Positions 15,229 through 23,655 of a stretch of DNA of 27,042 bases are shown here, piece by piece; position 1 is the stretch's first letter; each line of letters opens with the position of its first letter. The notes below the pieces were generated by a model. The model searched no databases. It worked only from the letters and a program-made list of their open reading frames with translations, and had not been told where the DNA came from. The stretch covers positions 1-27,042 of the IMG/VR virus record IMGVR_UViG_3300045189_000033, one strand, 5' to 3'. The translations under genes were made by a program, and so were the position numbers. The stretch comes from a virus. Its lineage: Duplodnaviria > Caudoviricetes.

Positions 15229-17207
15229 GGATTCCTGTCGGGAACTTCGGAAACCAGGTCGCCCAGCCCGCGCCTGGCGTGAACGTGCCCACGGGCGCGT
15301 ATGTCACTGGCAAGGCCGCCGCCCTGCAGCAGGCTGGCCAGCAGATCGCTGGTATTGGGGCGGATCTGCTGGAGACGCACAGTCGCGCGCAGACCTTGCG
15401 CCAGCTCACCGAATCCAAGGGCGCGCTCATAGATCTACAGGATCGGATATCCCGGTCCGTGGAGGCCGGGGAGCTGGACCCCACCAAGGCGCAGGGCGCC
15501 TGGGATGAGCAGTCGCGTAAGCTGATGAGCGATCAGCTATCCAAAGTGGCCATGGGCCAGCGGGAGACCGTCGGCGCGCAGTTGGGTGAACTGGAGCAAT
15601 CCCTGGGTTTTCGGGTGCGGGACACGGCGACGAAGCGCGTGCAGCAGAATATCGGCGGCGAACTGACGGCGCTGGGCATTTCGCTCGAGCGCGAGCCGGA
15701 CCCGGCAACCGCCTCCCAGCGTTACGACCAGGCCGTGCGTGCCATGGGGCCGGCCGCCGGCTGGGCGCCTGCCCAGATCGAAAACAACATCAACACGTTC
15801 CGGGAGAAGGCCTACGCGACCAAGGCCTACAGCCTGATCAACGGCGCGCGCAACAGCATGGCCGACCTGAACAAGGTGGAATCCATGCTGAACTCGGACG
15901 AGTTCGCCGCCCTGGATCCCCAGCGGCGCGCCGTGCTGCTGAACACGACGGCCGGGTACAAGACGGCGCTGGAACAGCGCGCGGTGGCGGCGGCGCAGCG
16001 GGCCGAGATCGCCGCGGCGCGGCGCGACCGGCAGGCCGCTGGCGTCCTCGCCGAGGTGCAGCAGCTTTCCACGCAGGGGAAGAAGCTGGATCCGCAGTAC
16101 CTGGCCGGCGCGGCGTCGGCGATGCAGGGCACGCCCTACGAAGCCGCCTTCCAGGCAGCCGTCGCGCAGGCGCCGGCCGGCACGGCCTTCGCCATGCAGC
16201 CGCTGCGAAACCAACGCGAGATGCTGGACGGACTACTGGCCGAGGGCAATAGCCGCGGCTGGACACCCACGCGGCAGGACATGTTCGACAAGCTGCAGAA
16301 GTCCTACGAAACCTCCCAGCGCGAGTACAAGGAAGACCCGATGCGCGCCGCGGTCGACCGCGGCGTGCTGCCCGAGCTGGCGCCGCTGGATGTGGGCGCA
16401 GGCGTCCCTGGAATCGTTGAAGGTGTGCAGGCGCGCCTGCAGCAGGCCCAGCAGGTCGAGGTGGTAGTGGGGCGTCCGGTATCGCCGTTCACATCCGACG
16501 AGGCCCTGCAGGTCGCGTCTGCCTTCAATGCCTTGCCGCCCGACCAGCGCGCCACCAGCATCGCGACGCTGTCCAAGGCCGTGGGCACGCGCACCATGTC
16601 AGCCATCGCCGCCCAGCTCGATAGCAAGGACCGGACCTTGGCCCTGGCCGCTGCACTCGGTGACCAGCAGCGCCCCAACGGCGGCCTGGTGTCGGAGCAG
16701 GTCATCCGCGGTGAGCAGGCCATGAAGGACAAGCGCGTGACTGAGGCCGACGTGACGCGCTGGCGGTCGGAAATGGCCAAGATGGTGCGCGGTGTATTCG
16801 CCACGCCGGAAATGGAAGACGCGGTAATCGATGCCGCCGTGCGCGTGCGCGCGGATGCTGATGTGCGCAAGGAAGGTCGCAGCATCCGCAACGCGGTGGA
16901 GACAGTGGCCGGCGGCATCATCGACTTCAACGGCGGCAAGATCCCGCTGCCGCTGGGGATGACGGAGAGTCAGTTTGAGCGTGGGCTGACCGCGCTGACG
17001 CCCGAAAGCTTCGCGGATCAGGCGCCGGATGGCAATGTCTTAGTGGCCGGCCGGGCCGTCCCGGTGGCCGAGTTCGTCAGGGATCTCCCCAACGCCGTGC
17101 TGCGCCACGCCGGCCAGGGTCGCTACACCGTGTCGTCCGGCACGGGCGTCGTGCTGAATCAGGCCGGCCAGCCGGTCATCGTGAGGGTGAGCAATGGCAC
17201 TCGATGA
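15225..17207 (+). CDS. Internal virion (ejection) protein (660 aa)
   Basis: ATGA-coupled start MRIP at 15225; helical and Ala/Gln-rich; synteny. Confidence 0.7.
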   Translation: MRIPVGNFGNQVAQPAPGVNVPTGAYVTGKAAALQQAGQQIAGIGADLLETHSRAQTLRQLTESKGALIDLQDRISRSVEAGELDPTKAQGAWDEQSRKLMSDQLSKVAMGQRETVGAQLGELEQSLGFRVRDTATKRVQQNIGGELTALGISLEREPDPATASQRYDQAVRAMGPAAGWAPAQIENNINTFREKAYATKAYSLINGARNSMADLNKVESMLNSDEFAALDPQRRAVLLNTTAGYKTALEQRAVAAAQRAEIAAARRDRQAAGVLAEVQQLSTQGKKLDPQYLAGAASAMQGTPYEAAFQAAVAQAPAGTAFAMQPLRNQREMLDGLLAEGNSRGWTPTRQDMFDKLQKSYETSQREYKEDPMRAAVDRGVLPELAPLDVGAGVPGIVEGVQARLQQAQQVEVVVGRPVSPFTSDEALQVASAFNALPPDQRATSIATLSKAVGTRTMSAIAAQLDSKDRTLALAAALGDQQRPNGGLVSEQVIRGEQAMKDKRVTEADVTRWRSEMAKMVRGVFATPEMEDAVIDAAVRVRADADVRKEGRSIRNAVETVAGGIIDFNGGKIPLPLGMTESQFERGLTALTPESFADQAPDGNVLVAGRAVPVAEFVRDLPNAVLRHAGQGRYTVSSGTGVVLNQAGQPVIVRVSNGTR

Positions 17208-19110
17208 TGCTTATCAGGGCGAGATAAACGAAGCACTGCGCAACCGCGCGCAGCTCGCGCCCATCGCACCAGGCCCTGAACAGGGTTTTAGTGTTTGGGG
17301 AATGGTCATGGCGCCATTCACCGGCACAGCGGCCGGCGCGGTCGAAGGCGGCGCCTTCCTGTCCGACACCGTCGGTGCCTTCGGTGCCACCATGGCGGCC
17401 AGCGGCACCACCGGGGTGCTGCCGTTTGCCGAGACGGATGAGCAGCGCGCCTGGCGCGAGCAGGGCACCGCTGCCGCGCGCCGTAGCTTGGACGAGGGCA
17501 CGGCCTTCAGCAGCGATACCGGCGACACCTTGCGCGCCGCAAGCCGATGGCTGGGCCCGAATCCGCAGACGGCCAGCGCGGCCGAGCAGATGGTGTTCGG
17601 GTTCGCCAAGACGGTGACCAAGGCGGTGGGCTACACCGTGGCCACCGGCAACCCGCTCACGGGCGCGATGCTGACCGGCGCAGATGAGGGTGTCGCCGCC
17701 TCCGACGAGCTGCGCCGGCAGGGCGTCGACCTGGCCACCCGGGCAGGCGTCGGCGCCGTGACCGGCCTGACGACCGGCGTGGGCGTGGCGCTCCCAGTGG
17801 CCGGGCAGACCGTTCGGGGCACGCTGGGTTATGCGGCCGCGGGCGGCCCGGGCCTATTCATCGCCCAGCAGCAGATGACGCGCGACATCCTGAACAACGC
17901 CGACTACAGCAATCTGGCCGACCAGTACGACCCCTTCGACCCCGTGGGCCTGGCCGTATCCACGCTGGTGCCGGCGGCGTTCGGCGCCTGGGCGTTGCGC
18001 GGGCGCGCGCGGGCGGCAGCCAGGGAAGGGCAGGCGGCGCCGGCGCAGGCCGCCGAAACAGCGGAAGCGCCGCGCGGCCCGGCGGCGCAGGAACTGGTCG
18101 ACGCCGCCCGCGTGCAGCGCGTGCGCGAAGTCGTGGACTCCTGGAACCTGGCCGATGCCGGCGACATCCGCGCGGCCAACGACGCCATGATGTCGGTGAT
18201 GCGCGCCTCAGCGCAGATGGCCGACGGCCTGCCGGTCTACGTGGCCGACCAGTTCCCCATGAAGGACGCCTACGCGGCCCGCGCGCTGGAAACCATGGTG
18301 GCGCGGTCGGAGGTAGCGCGGGCGGAATTGCTGCCGCAGGCGGAGGCTCTGGCCGACCCAGGGGCCATCCGCGCGCTGCGCACGGAGATCCAGGCCTTGG
18401 CGCAGGGCCGTCGCTCATCGGCGGACGATGTCGAGGTCCGCGCGCTGGCGGATCAGATCCGCGCCGCCGAGCCGCGCACCGGCGCCCGCGCGGCGCTGAA
18501 CCGGGCGCGCAAGGAGCTGGACGCCCAGGCGGAAGAAACGGATGCGCGCATCGCCGCGCTGGAGGCCCAGATCGATACCAACGCCGAAGCCATGGCCGCG
18601 CGCCAGGCGCTGGCGGTGCTGGACGAGCGCATCCAGCAGATGAAGGCCGAGCGCGCGGCCATCGATGCTCCGGCCACCGCGATGACGCCGGTTGCCGCCG
18701 GGGTGCGCGAGGCGGCACGCGCTGGCGAGGCGCCGTTCCAGATCCCCGAGCGCGGCCGTGCTGCGCCTGCTGTCCGGGCGGAAGCTGGCGGCGCGGTACC
18801 GGGCGCCCAGGCCGTTGCCCCCGGCACGGACCTGGTCACGCCTGCCGCCGCGCGCGCCGACATCGACCCCATCGCGCCGCCGGCCAAGATGGCCGCCGCC
18901 ACGGCCGAGGCTACGAACGAGGCCTATGTATCGGGCCGCCTCGCCGATCTGGAGGCCACCCAGCCGGATATGCCCGTCCGTATGGACGGCGATGCCGAGG
19001 ATATCCCTCTCTCCGAAGCCATCCGCCGACTGAACGAGCAACTGGCGCGCGACGACGCCGACGCCGATCTGCTGGCCGTGGCAGCCAACTGCGCCGTGAG
19101 CGCCGCTTAA
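17194..19110 (+). CDS. Internal virion (ejection) protein (638 aa)
   Basis: Gly/Ala hydrophobic segments followed by coiled coil; synteny. Confidence 0.7.
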   Translation: MALDDAYQGEINEALRNRAQLAPIAPGPEQGFSVWGMVMAPFTGTAAGAVEGGAFLSDTVGAFGATMAASGTTGVLPFAETDEQRAWREQGTAAARRSLDEGTAFSSDTGDTLRAASRWLGPNPQTASAAEQMVFGFAKTVTKAVGYTVATGNPLTGAMLTGADEGVAASDELRRQGVDLATRAGVGAVTGLTTGVGVALPVAGQTVRGTLGYAAAGGPGLFIAQQQMTRDILNNADYSNLADQYDPFDPVGLAVSTLVPAAFGAWALRGRARAAAREGQAAPAQAAETAEAPRGPAAQELVDAARVQRVREVVDSWNLADAGDIRAANDAMMSVMRASAQMADGLPVYVADQFPMKDAYAARALETMVARSEVARAELLPQAEALADPGAIRALRTEIQALAQGRRSSADDVEVRALADQIRAAEPRTGARAALNRARKELDAQAEETDARIAALEAQIDTNAEAMAARQALAVLDERIQQMKAERAAIDAPATAMTPVAAGVREAARAGEAPFQIPERGRAAPAVRAEAGGAVPGAQAVAPGTDLVTPAAARADIDPIAPPAKMAAATAEATNEAYVSGRLADLEATQPDMPVRMDGDAEDIPLSEAIRRLNEQLARDDADADLLAVAANCAVSAA

Positions 19111-19119
19111 GGAGCCCCC

Positions 19120-21600
19120 ATGCTGCCGAAATGTATTGCCCAGGTGAACGCGGCCGCCGGCCGCACCCTCAGCCAGGCCGAGATCAAGTCCATCGATGAC
19201 CGGATTACCGGCACCATGCAGATGCTGGCCCGCCAGGACCGCGCCGCGTGGCTGGCGCTGACGCCGGAGCAGCGCATCCTCGCGGGCGCCGAGCGCGCGC
19301 TGCAGGATGCCCGGGCCGACGCTCGGCTGAAGTTGCAGCGCCAGCAGCTCCAGCTCGTGAAGCGGGCGGATGTGGAGAGCGAGATTGGCCGCATCCAGGA
19401 GCTATTCGGCGACAGCCGATCACGCGCGCTGGTGCGCCACATGGAGCAGACCGATGCCTACATCAAAGGGGTGAAGGACCAATACTGGTCCCAATTGCGC
19501 AGCCTCTTCGATGCCGCGGCGTCGACGGACGGTGTATCGGCCGGGCGCCGCGCCCTGCTGTTTCTGTTCGATGTCGAGAACCCCCAGATGACCCGCGACC
19601 TGGCAACCGAGATATTCGCCCGCGGCGAAGGCGGCACCGGCAATCGGCTGGCGGTGGAGGCGGCCCGAGCATGGGGCACCACCATCGACACGATGCGCCA
19701 GCGCTTCAACAACGCTGGCGGCGACATCGGCCAGCTCGAATATGGTTACGTTCCGCAGGGCAGCGACCAGGGACGCGTGCTGGGCGCCGGTCAGGACGCC
19801 TGGGTGCAGCGGACCATGCCGCTGCTGGATCGCAGCCGCTATGTGCGTCCCGATGGCCGACAGATGGATGATGCGGAAATGGCGGCGTTCCTTCGCTCTG
19901 CCTGGGAGACGCTTTCGTCCGGCGGACTGAACAAGTTGGAGCCCGGACGCTTCCAGGGGAATGGATCGCGAGCAAACCGTGGTAGCGATGCGCGGCAGTT
20001 GCACTTCCGAGATGGTCGGGCATATGTCGAGTACATGGGAGAATTCGGCCACGGCAGCATGTACGATGCCATGACTGGCCACATTTCTGGTTTGGCGCGC
20101 GATATCGGTCTGGTCGAGCGCTACGGGCCCAACCCGACCCACCAGTTTCAGGTGCAGGCTGACATTGCCGAGATTCAAGATGGCGGCATACGGAACTCGT
20201 TTGGAAGTTCTCCCCAGGTATATTTCGACCTGATAATGGGAACGGCCGGTAATGCGCAGAATGCCAATCTGGCGCGCGTCGCGGCCGACGTTCGCAATCT
20301 GAACGTCGCGTCCAAGCTGGGCCGAGCCGTCTGGGCGTCCATTTCAGACATCCCGACCTACCTGGTGACGGCGGGCTACAACAAGCTTCCCTACTGGCAG
20401 GCGCTCAAGAACATCGGCGGCCAGTTCAGCGGTGAGACGCGCGAATTCCTGAGCGCGCATGGGCTGATCGCCGAATCGCTGGTTTCCGACTTGAACCGGT
20501 TTTCGGGCGACCACATCCGAAACAACTGGTCCGGCAAGGTCGCGAACAGCGTTATGAAGCTTTCCTTCATGAACGCCTGGACCGACAGCATGCGCCGCGC
20601 CTTCCAGATGACCATGATGGGCGGCCTGGGCAAGATGGCCGGAAAGGACTGGGGTGCGCTGACGGAATGGGACCGCACGCACCTGGCGCGCAAGGGGATC
20701 ACTGGAGATGATTGGGCGGTGATAAGCCGCGTGCAGCCGACCGAGTACCGCGGGCAGCAATACCTGACGCCAGAGGCGATCATGGCCACGGGCGTGGACA
20801 ATGCACCGCAACTGGTGTCAAAGGTGCTGGGCCTGATCCGGGACGAGTCGGAATATGCGGTGATAAATCCTGATCTTGCGACTCGTGGCGCACAGACCTG
20901 GGGGGGGCTGCAGGCTGGCACCAAGCGCGGTGAGCTTGCGCGGTCCGTCATGCAGTTCAAGAGTTTTCCTCTCGCTATGATTTCGCGGCACTGGCGCCGA
21001 ATGATCGACACGCCTCGTGGGGTGGACGGCGCGCCGGCGGCGGCCAACCGCTTGGCTTATACCGGCGCAATGCTGGTGGGCACCACCATTGCTGGCGGCA
21101 TCGCGTTCCAGATTAAGGAAATGCTGTCGGGGCGCGACCCACTGGCAATCAACAGCGGAAGATTCTGGACCGAAGCCTTTTTACAGGGAGGCGGGGCGTC
21201 GATCCTCGGTGATCTGCTATTCCAGGATCCGCGCGAGGATCCCGGAGGGTTTGCAGGGATGGCGGGTAGCACTGCGCTGGGCCCGACGGCGGGCACCCTG
21301 TTCGACGTCGTGGGCCTGGGCGTGGAGAACGCCTGGCGCGCGGCCAGCGGCGACGACTTGAACCTGGGCGCCGGCGCGGCGCGGACTGTGCGCGGGACGC
21401 TGCCGTACCAGAATCTCTGGTGGCTGTCCGGCGCCATCGATCACACCTTCTTCCACGCCTTGCAAGAAAACCTCAGCCCGGGATACTTGAGCCGAGTGGA
21501 ACGCCGCGCCGCGCGGCAGCATGACCAGGATTACTGGTGGCAACTGGGGCCTGGACTGCCGGAGCGTGGGCCCGATCTTTCCCGCCTGTGGAGTCGATGA
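19120..21600 (+). CDS. Large internal virion (ejection) protein (826 aa)
   Basis: AGGAG SD; QFKSFP motif and hydrophobic C-terminal region typical of podovirus core proteins. Confidence 0.75.
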   Translation: MLPKCIAQVNAAAGRTLSQAEIKSIDDRITGTMQMLARQDRAAWLALTPEQRILAGAERALQDARADARLKLQRQQLQLVKRADVESEIGRIQELFGDSRSRALVRHMEQTDAYIKGVKDQYWSQLRSLFDAAASTDGVSAGRRALLFLFDVENPQMTRDLATEIFARGEGGTGNRLAVEAARAWGTTIDTMRQRFNNAGGDIGQLEYGYVPQGSDQGRVLGAGQDAWVQRTMPLLDRSRYVRPDGRQMDDAEMAAFLRSAWETLSSGGLNKLEPGRFQGNGSRANRGSDARQLHFRDGRAYVEYMGEFGHGSMYDAMTGHISGLARDIGLVERYGPNPTHQFQVQADIAEIQDGGIRNSFGSSPQVYFDLIMGTAGNAQNANLARVAADVRNLNVASKLGRAVWASISDIPTYLVTAGYNKLPYWQALKNIGGQFSGETREFLSAHGLIAESLVSDLNRFSGDHIRNNWSGKVANSVMKLSFMNAWTDSMRRAFQMTMMGGLGKMAGKDWGALTEWDRTHLARKGITGDDWAVISRVQPTEYRGQQYLTPEAIMATGVDNAPQLVSKVLGLIRDESEYAVINPDLATRGAQTWGGLQAGTKRGELARSVMQFKSFPLAMISRHWRRMIDTPRGVDGAPAAANRLAYTGAMLVGTTIAGGIAFQIKEMLSGRDPLAINSGRFWTEAFLQGGGASILGDLLFQDPREDPGGFAGMAGSTALGPTAGTLFDVVGLGVENAWRAASGDDLNLGAGAARTVRGTLPYQNLWWLSGAIDHTFFHALQENLSPGYLSRVERRAARQHDQDYWWQLGPGLPERGPDLSRLWSR

Positions 21601-21968
21601 TGAGGCAAGACCAATTCGAGCGCCTGATTGCGCTGCAGGAAAAGCTGGTGGACGTGCTGCTGCAGGAAATGGACCCGGAACTGTGGCCGGGCTCCGGCCT
21701 CGCGCCTGGCGCCATGGACCAGCAGACGCGTGGGGATCGGTACTGGTGCAAGAAGAACGTAGCCGCGACGCAATCGGTCCTCACGCGCAACGCCAGCCTG
21801 ATCGGCCTGGTCCAGCGCCAGACGGCGGGCGACGGCGGCGGCGTCGAGGTGACGCCGGACGCGCCGGGCGCGGATGAAGGCGGCCTGGACGCGGAAATCC
21901 GCAAGGCCGAGAAAGAGGCCGAACGCGTGCTGGCACAAGCCAGGAAGGCGGCCGGCGCGGCCCGATGA
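21597..21968 (+). CDS. Probable terminase small subunit (123 aa)
   Basis: ATGA-coupled directly upstream of TerL; the call rests mainly on position and size. Confidence 0.55.
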   Translation: MMRQDQFERLIALQEKLVDVLLQEMDPELWPGSGLAPGAMDQQTRGDRYWCKKNVAATQSVLTRNASLIGLVQRQTAGDGGGVEVTPDAPGADEGGLDAEIRKAEKEAERVLAQARKAAGAAR

Positions 21969-23617
21969 AAAAGAAGATTTCCTTCCTGGCCTTCTTCCTG
22001 ATGTGGGCGAAGGTCCAGGGCTGGACTGTGCCGGACCTGCACGTCCGGATCTGCGACTGGCTGGAGCATTGCCGCGACCCCATGCGCGTGCTGCAGGTGT
22101 TCCGCGGCGCGGCGAAGTCGACCCTGTACGCCGTATATAAGGCCTGGCAGCTATACTGCGATGGCACCTGGGTATCCCTGATCTGGGCGGCCGACGGGCC
22201 GCTGGCCAAGAAGCTGACCCGGGACACTATCAACGTGCTGCGCAGGCACCCGCTGTGCGGCGGCATGCTGCCCACCAAGCCCGGTTCGCAGATGTTCTGG
22301 GTGTCGGGCGCCATCGATCCGCGCAACGCCAGCATGACCGCGGTGGGTGTGAACCAGAACGTCACCAGCGCCCGGGCCCGGGACATCGACTATGACGACG
22401 TCGAGGTCCCGAAGAACATCCGGACGGCCGAGGCGCGGGAGAACCTGCGCGCCAAGATCCAGGAGGCGACCTTCATCCTGGTGCCCGGCGGCCAGGAAAC
22501 CTACATCGGCACGCCGCACACGCACGACTCCATCTACCCGGAAATGATTGCCGCCGGCGCGGCGTCGCTGACCATTCCCCTGTTCGAAGACTCCATCCGC
22601 TACGAAGATACGGACAGGGCCACGTCCTACCGCGTGCCGTTCAAGCCGGGGCCAGACGGGTTGTACATCATGGTGGGCGTCCATAAGCACGCGCGGTTGC
22701 TGGTCGAAGGGAAGGACTATCGGTTCGAGAGCGGCTGCATCATCTTCGCCGCGCCGCCGCGCGCGGTGCTGGACATCTACGGGCGCTGCGCCTGGCCAGA
22801 ACGATTTACCCGGCCGGAAATCGAACTGCGCCGCCAGAAGACCCGGACCCTGAACTACTGGGATTCCCAGTACCAGTTGCAGGCCAAACCCATCAAGGAG
22901 TCGCGCTTGGATCCCGAACTCATCCGCCCCTACGACGTGCACCCGCGCGTCGAGCGCGCGAACAAGGGTGTGCGCATGATGCTGGGCAATGTCCAGATCG
23001 TCAGCGCCCGCGCCTATTGGGACTGCTCGCTCGGGAAGGTGACCAGCGACGCGTCGGCCTTTTCCCTCATGCTGGACGACGCCGCTGGGAACGTGTACTG
23101 GCATGTCTGCGATGGACTGGTTGGCGACTTCGCCGAGTTCAGCGACAGCCGCAACGCCAGGATCGAGGGCGGCCAGGTCATGCAGGCCTGCGCGCTGATC
23201 GAGCGTTTCAACATTCCGAACGTCTATGTCGAGACGAACGGGAACGGCGCTTTCGTCCCGCAGCTCCTGCAGCAGGCACTGAAACAGCAGGGTCTGCACT
23301 GTGGCGTGAAGGCTGTGCAGGTCACCGGGCCGAAGAATCCACGCATTCTGGACGGCCTGGAACCTCCCATGAAATCCGGCGTCATGTGGGCGCACGTCGA
23401 CGTGCTGAACGGCCCGATGTGGGACCAGATGAAGGACTGGGATCCCTCGATCATCAACCAGCCCGACGACTACCTGGATAGCGGTGCCGGCGCGGTGTTG
23501 CAGGCGCCGGTGCGGATTGGCCGCATGGTCAGGGAAAAAGCCGAGATTTCGGCCGTGGGTGGGCGGGAAGATTGGCGCCCAACAGGGGGTGTGCACGAGG
23601 TCACCCTCGAAACCTAG
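21965..23617 (+). CDS. terL: Terminase large subunit
   Basis: Walker A VFRGAAKST, Walker B IDYDDVE, YIGTPH motif; nuclease acidic residues YWDCS, VETNG, DDYLDS. Confidence 0.93.
   Translation: MKKKISFLAFFLMWAKVQGWTVPDLHVRICDWLEHCRDPMRVLQVFRGAAKSTLYAVYKAWQLYCDGTWVSLIWAADGPLAKKLTRDTINVLRRHPLCGGMLPTKPGSQMFWVSGAIDPRNASMTAVGVNQNVTSARARDIDYDDVEVPKNIRTAEARENLRAKIQEATFILVPGGQETYIGTPHTHDSIYPEMIAAGAASLTIPLFEDSIRYEDTDRATSYRVPFKPGPDGLYIMVGVHKHARLLVEGKDYRFESGCIIFAAPPRAVLDIYGRCAWPERFTRPEIELRRQKTRTLNYWDSQYQLQAKPIKESRLDPELIRPYDVHPRVERANKGVRMMLGNVQIVSARAYWDCSLGKVTSDASAFSLMLDDAAGNVYWHVCDGLVGDFAEFSDSRNARIEGGQVMQACALIERFNIPNVYVETNGNGAFVPQLLQQALKQQGLHCGVKAVQVTGPKNPRILDGLEPPMKSGVMWAHVDVLNGPMWDQMKDWDPSIINQPDDYLDSGAGAVLQAPVRIGRMVREKAEISAVGGREDWRPTGGVHEVTLET
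23540..23572 (+). promoter_or_regulatory. Putative late promoter 3 (tailspike/lysis), inside the terL 3' end
   Basis: GCCGAGATTTCGGC (23540-23553) - 13 bp - GAAGAT (23567-23572). Confidence 0.7.
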
Positions 23618-23655
23618 CCGCCGGCAGGGCCGGCGCGTGCGCCGGAGTCCCTGCC

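Noticed and set aside
7214-23596. Long antisense ORFs (e.g. 7214-8509, 9832-10872, 22151-23596)
   Set aside because: Expected shadows of high-GC coding sequence; no SDs or recognisable motifs.
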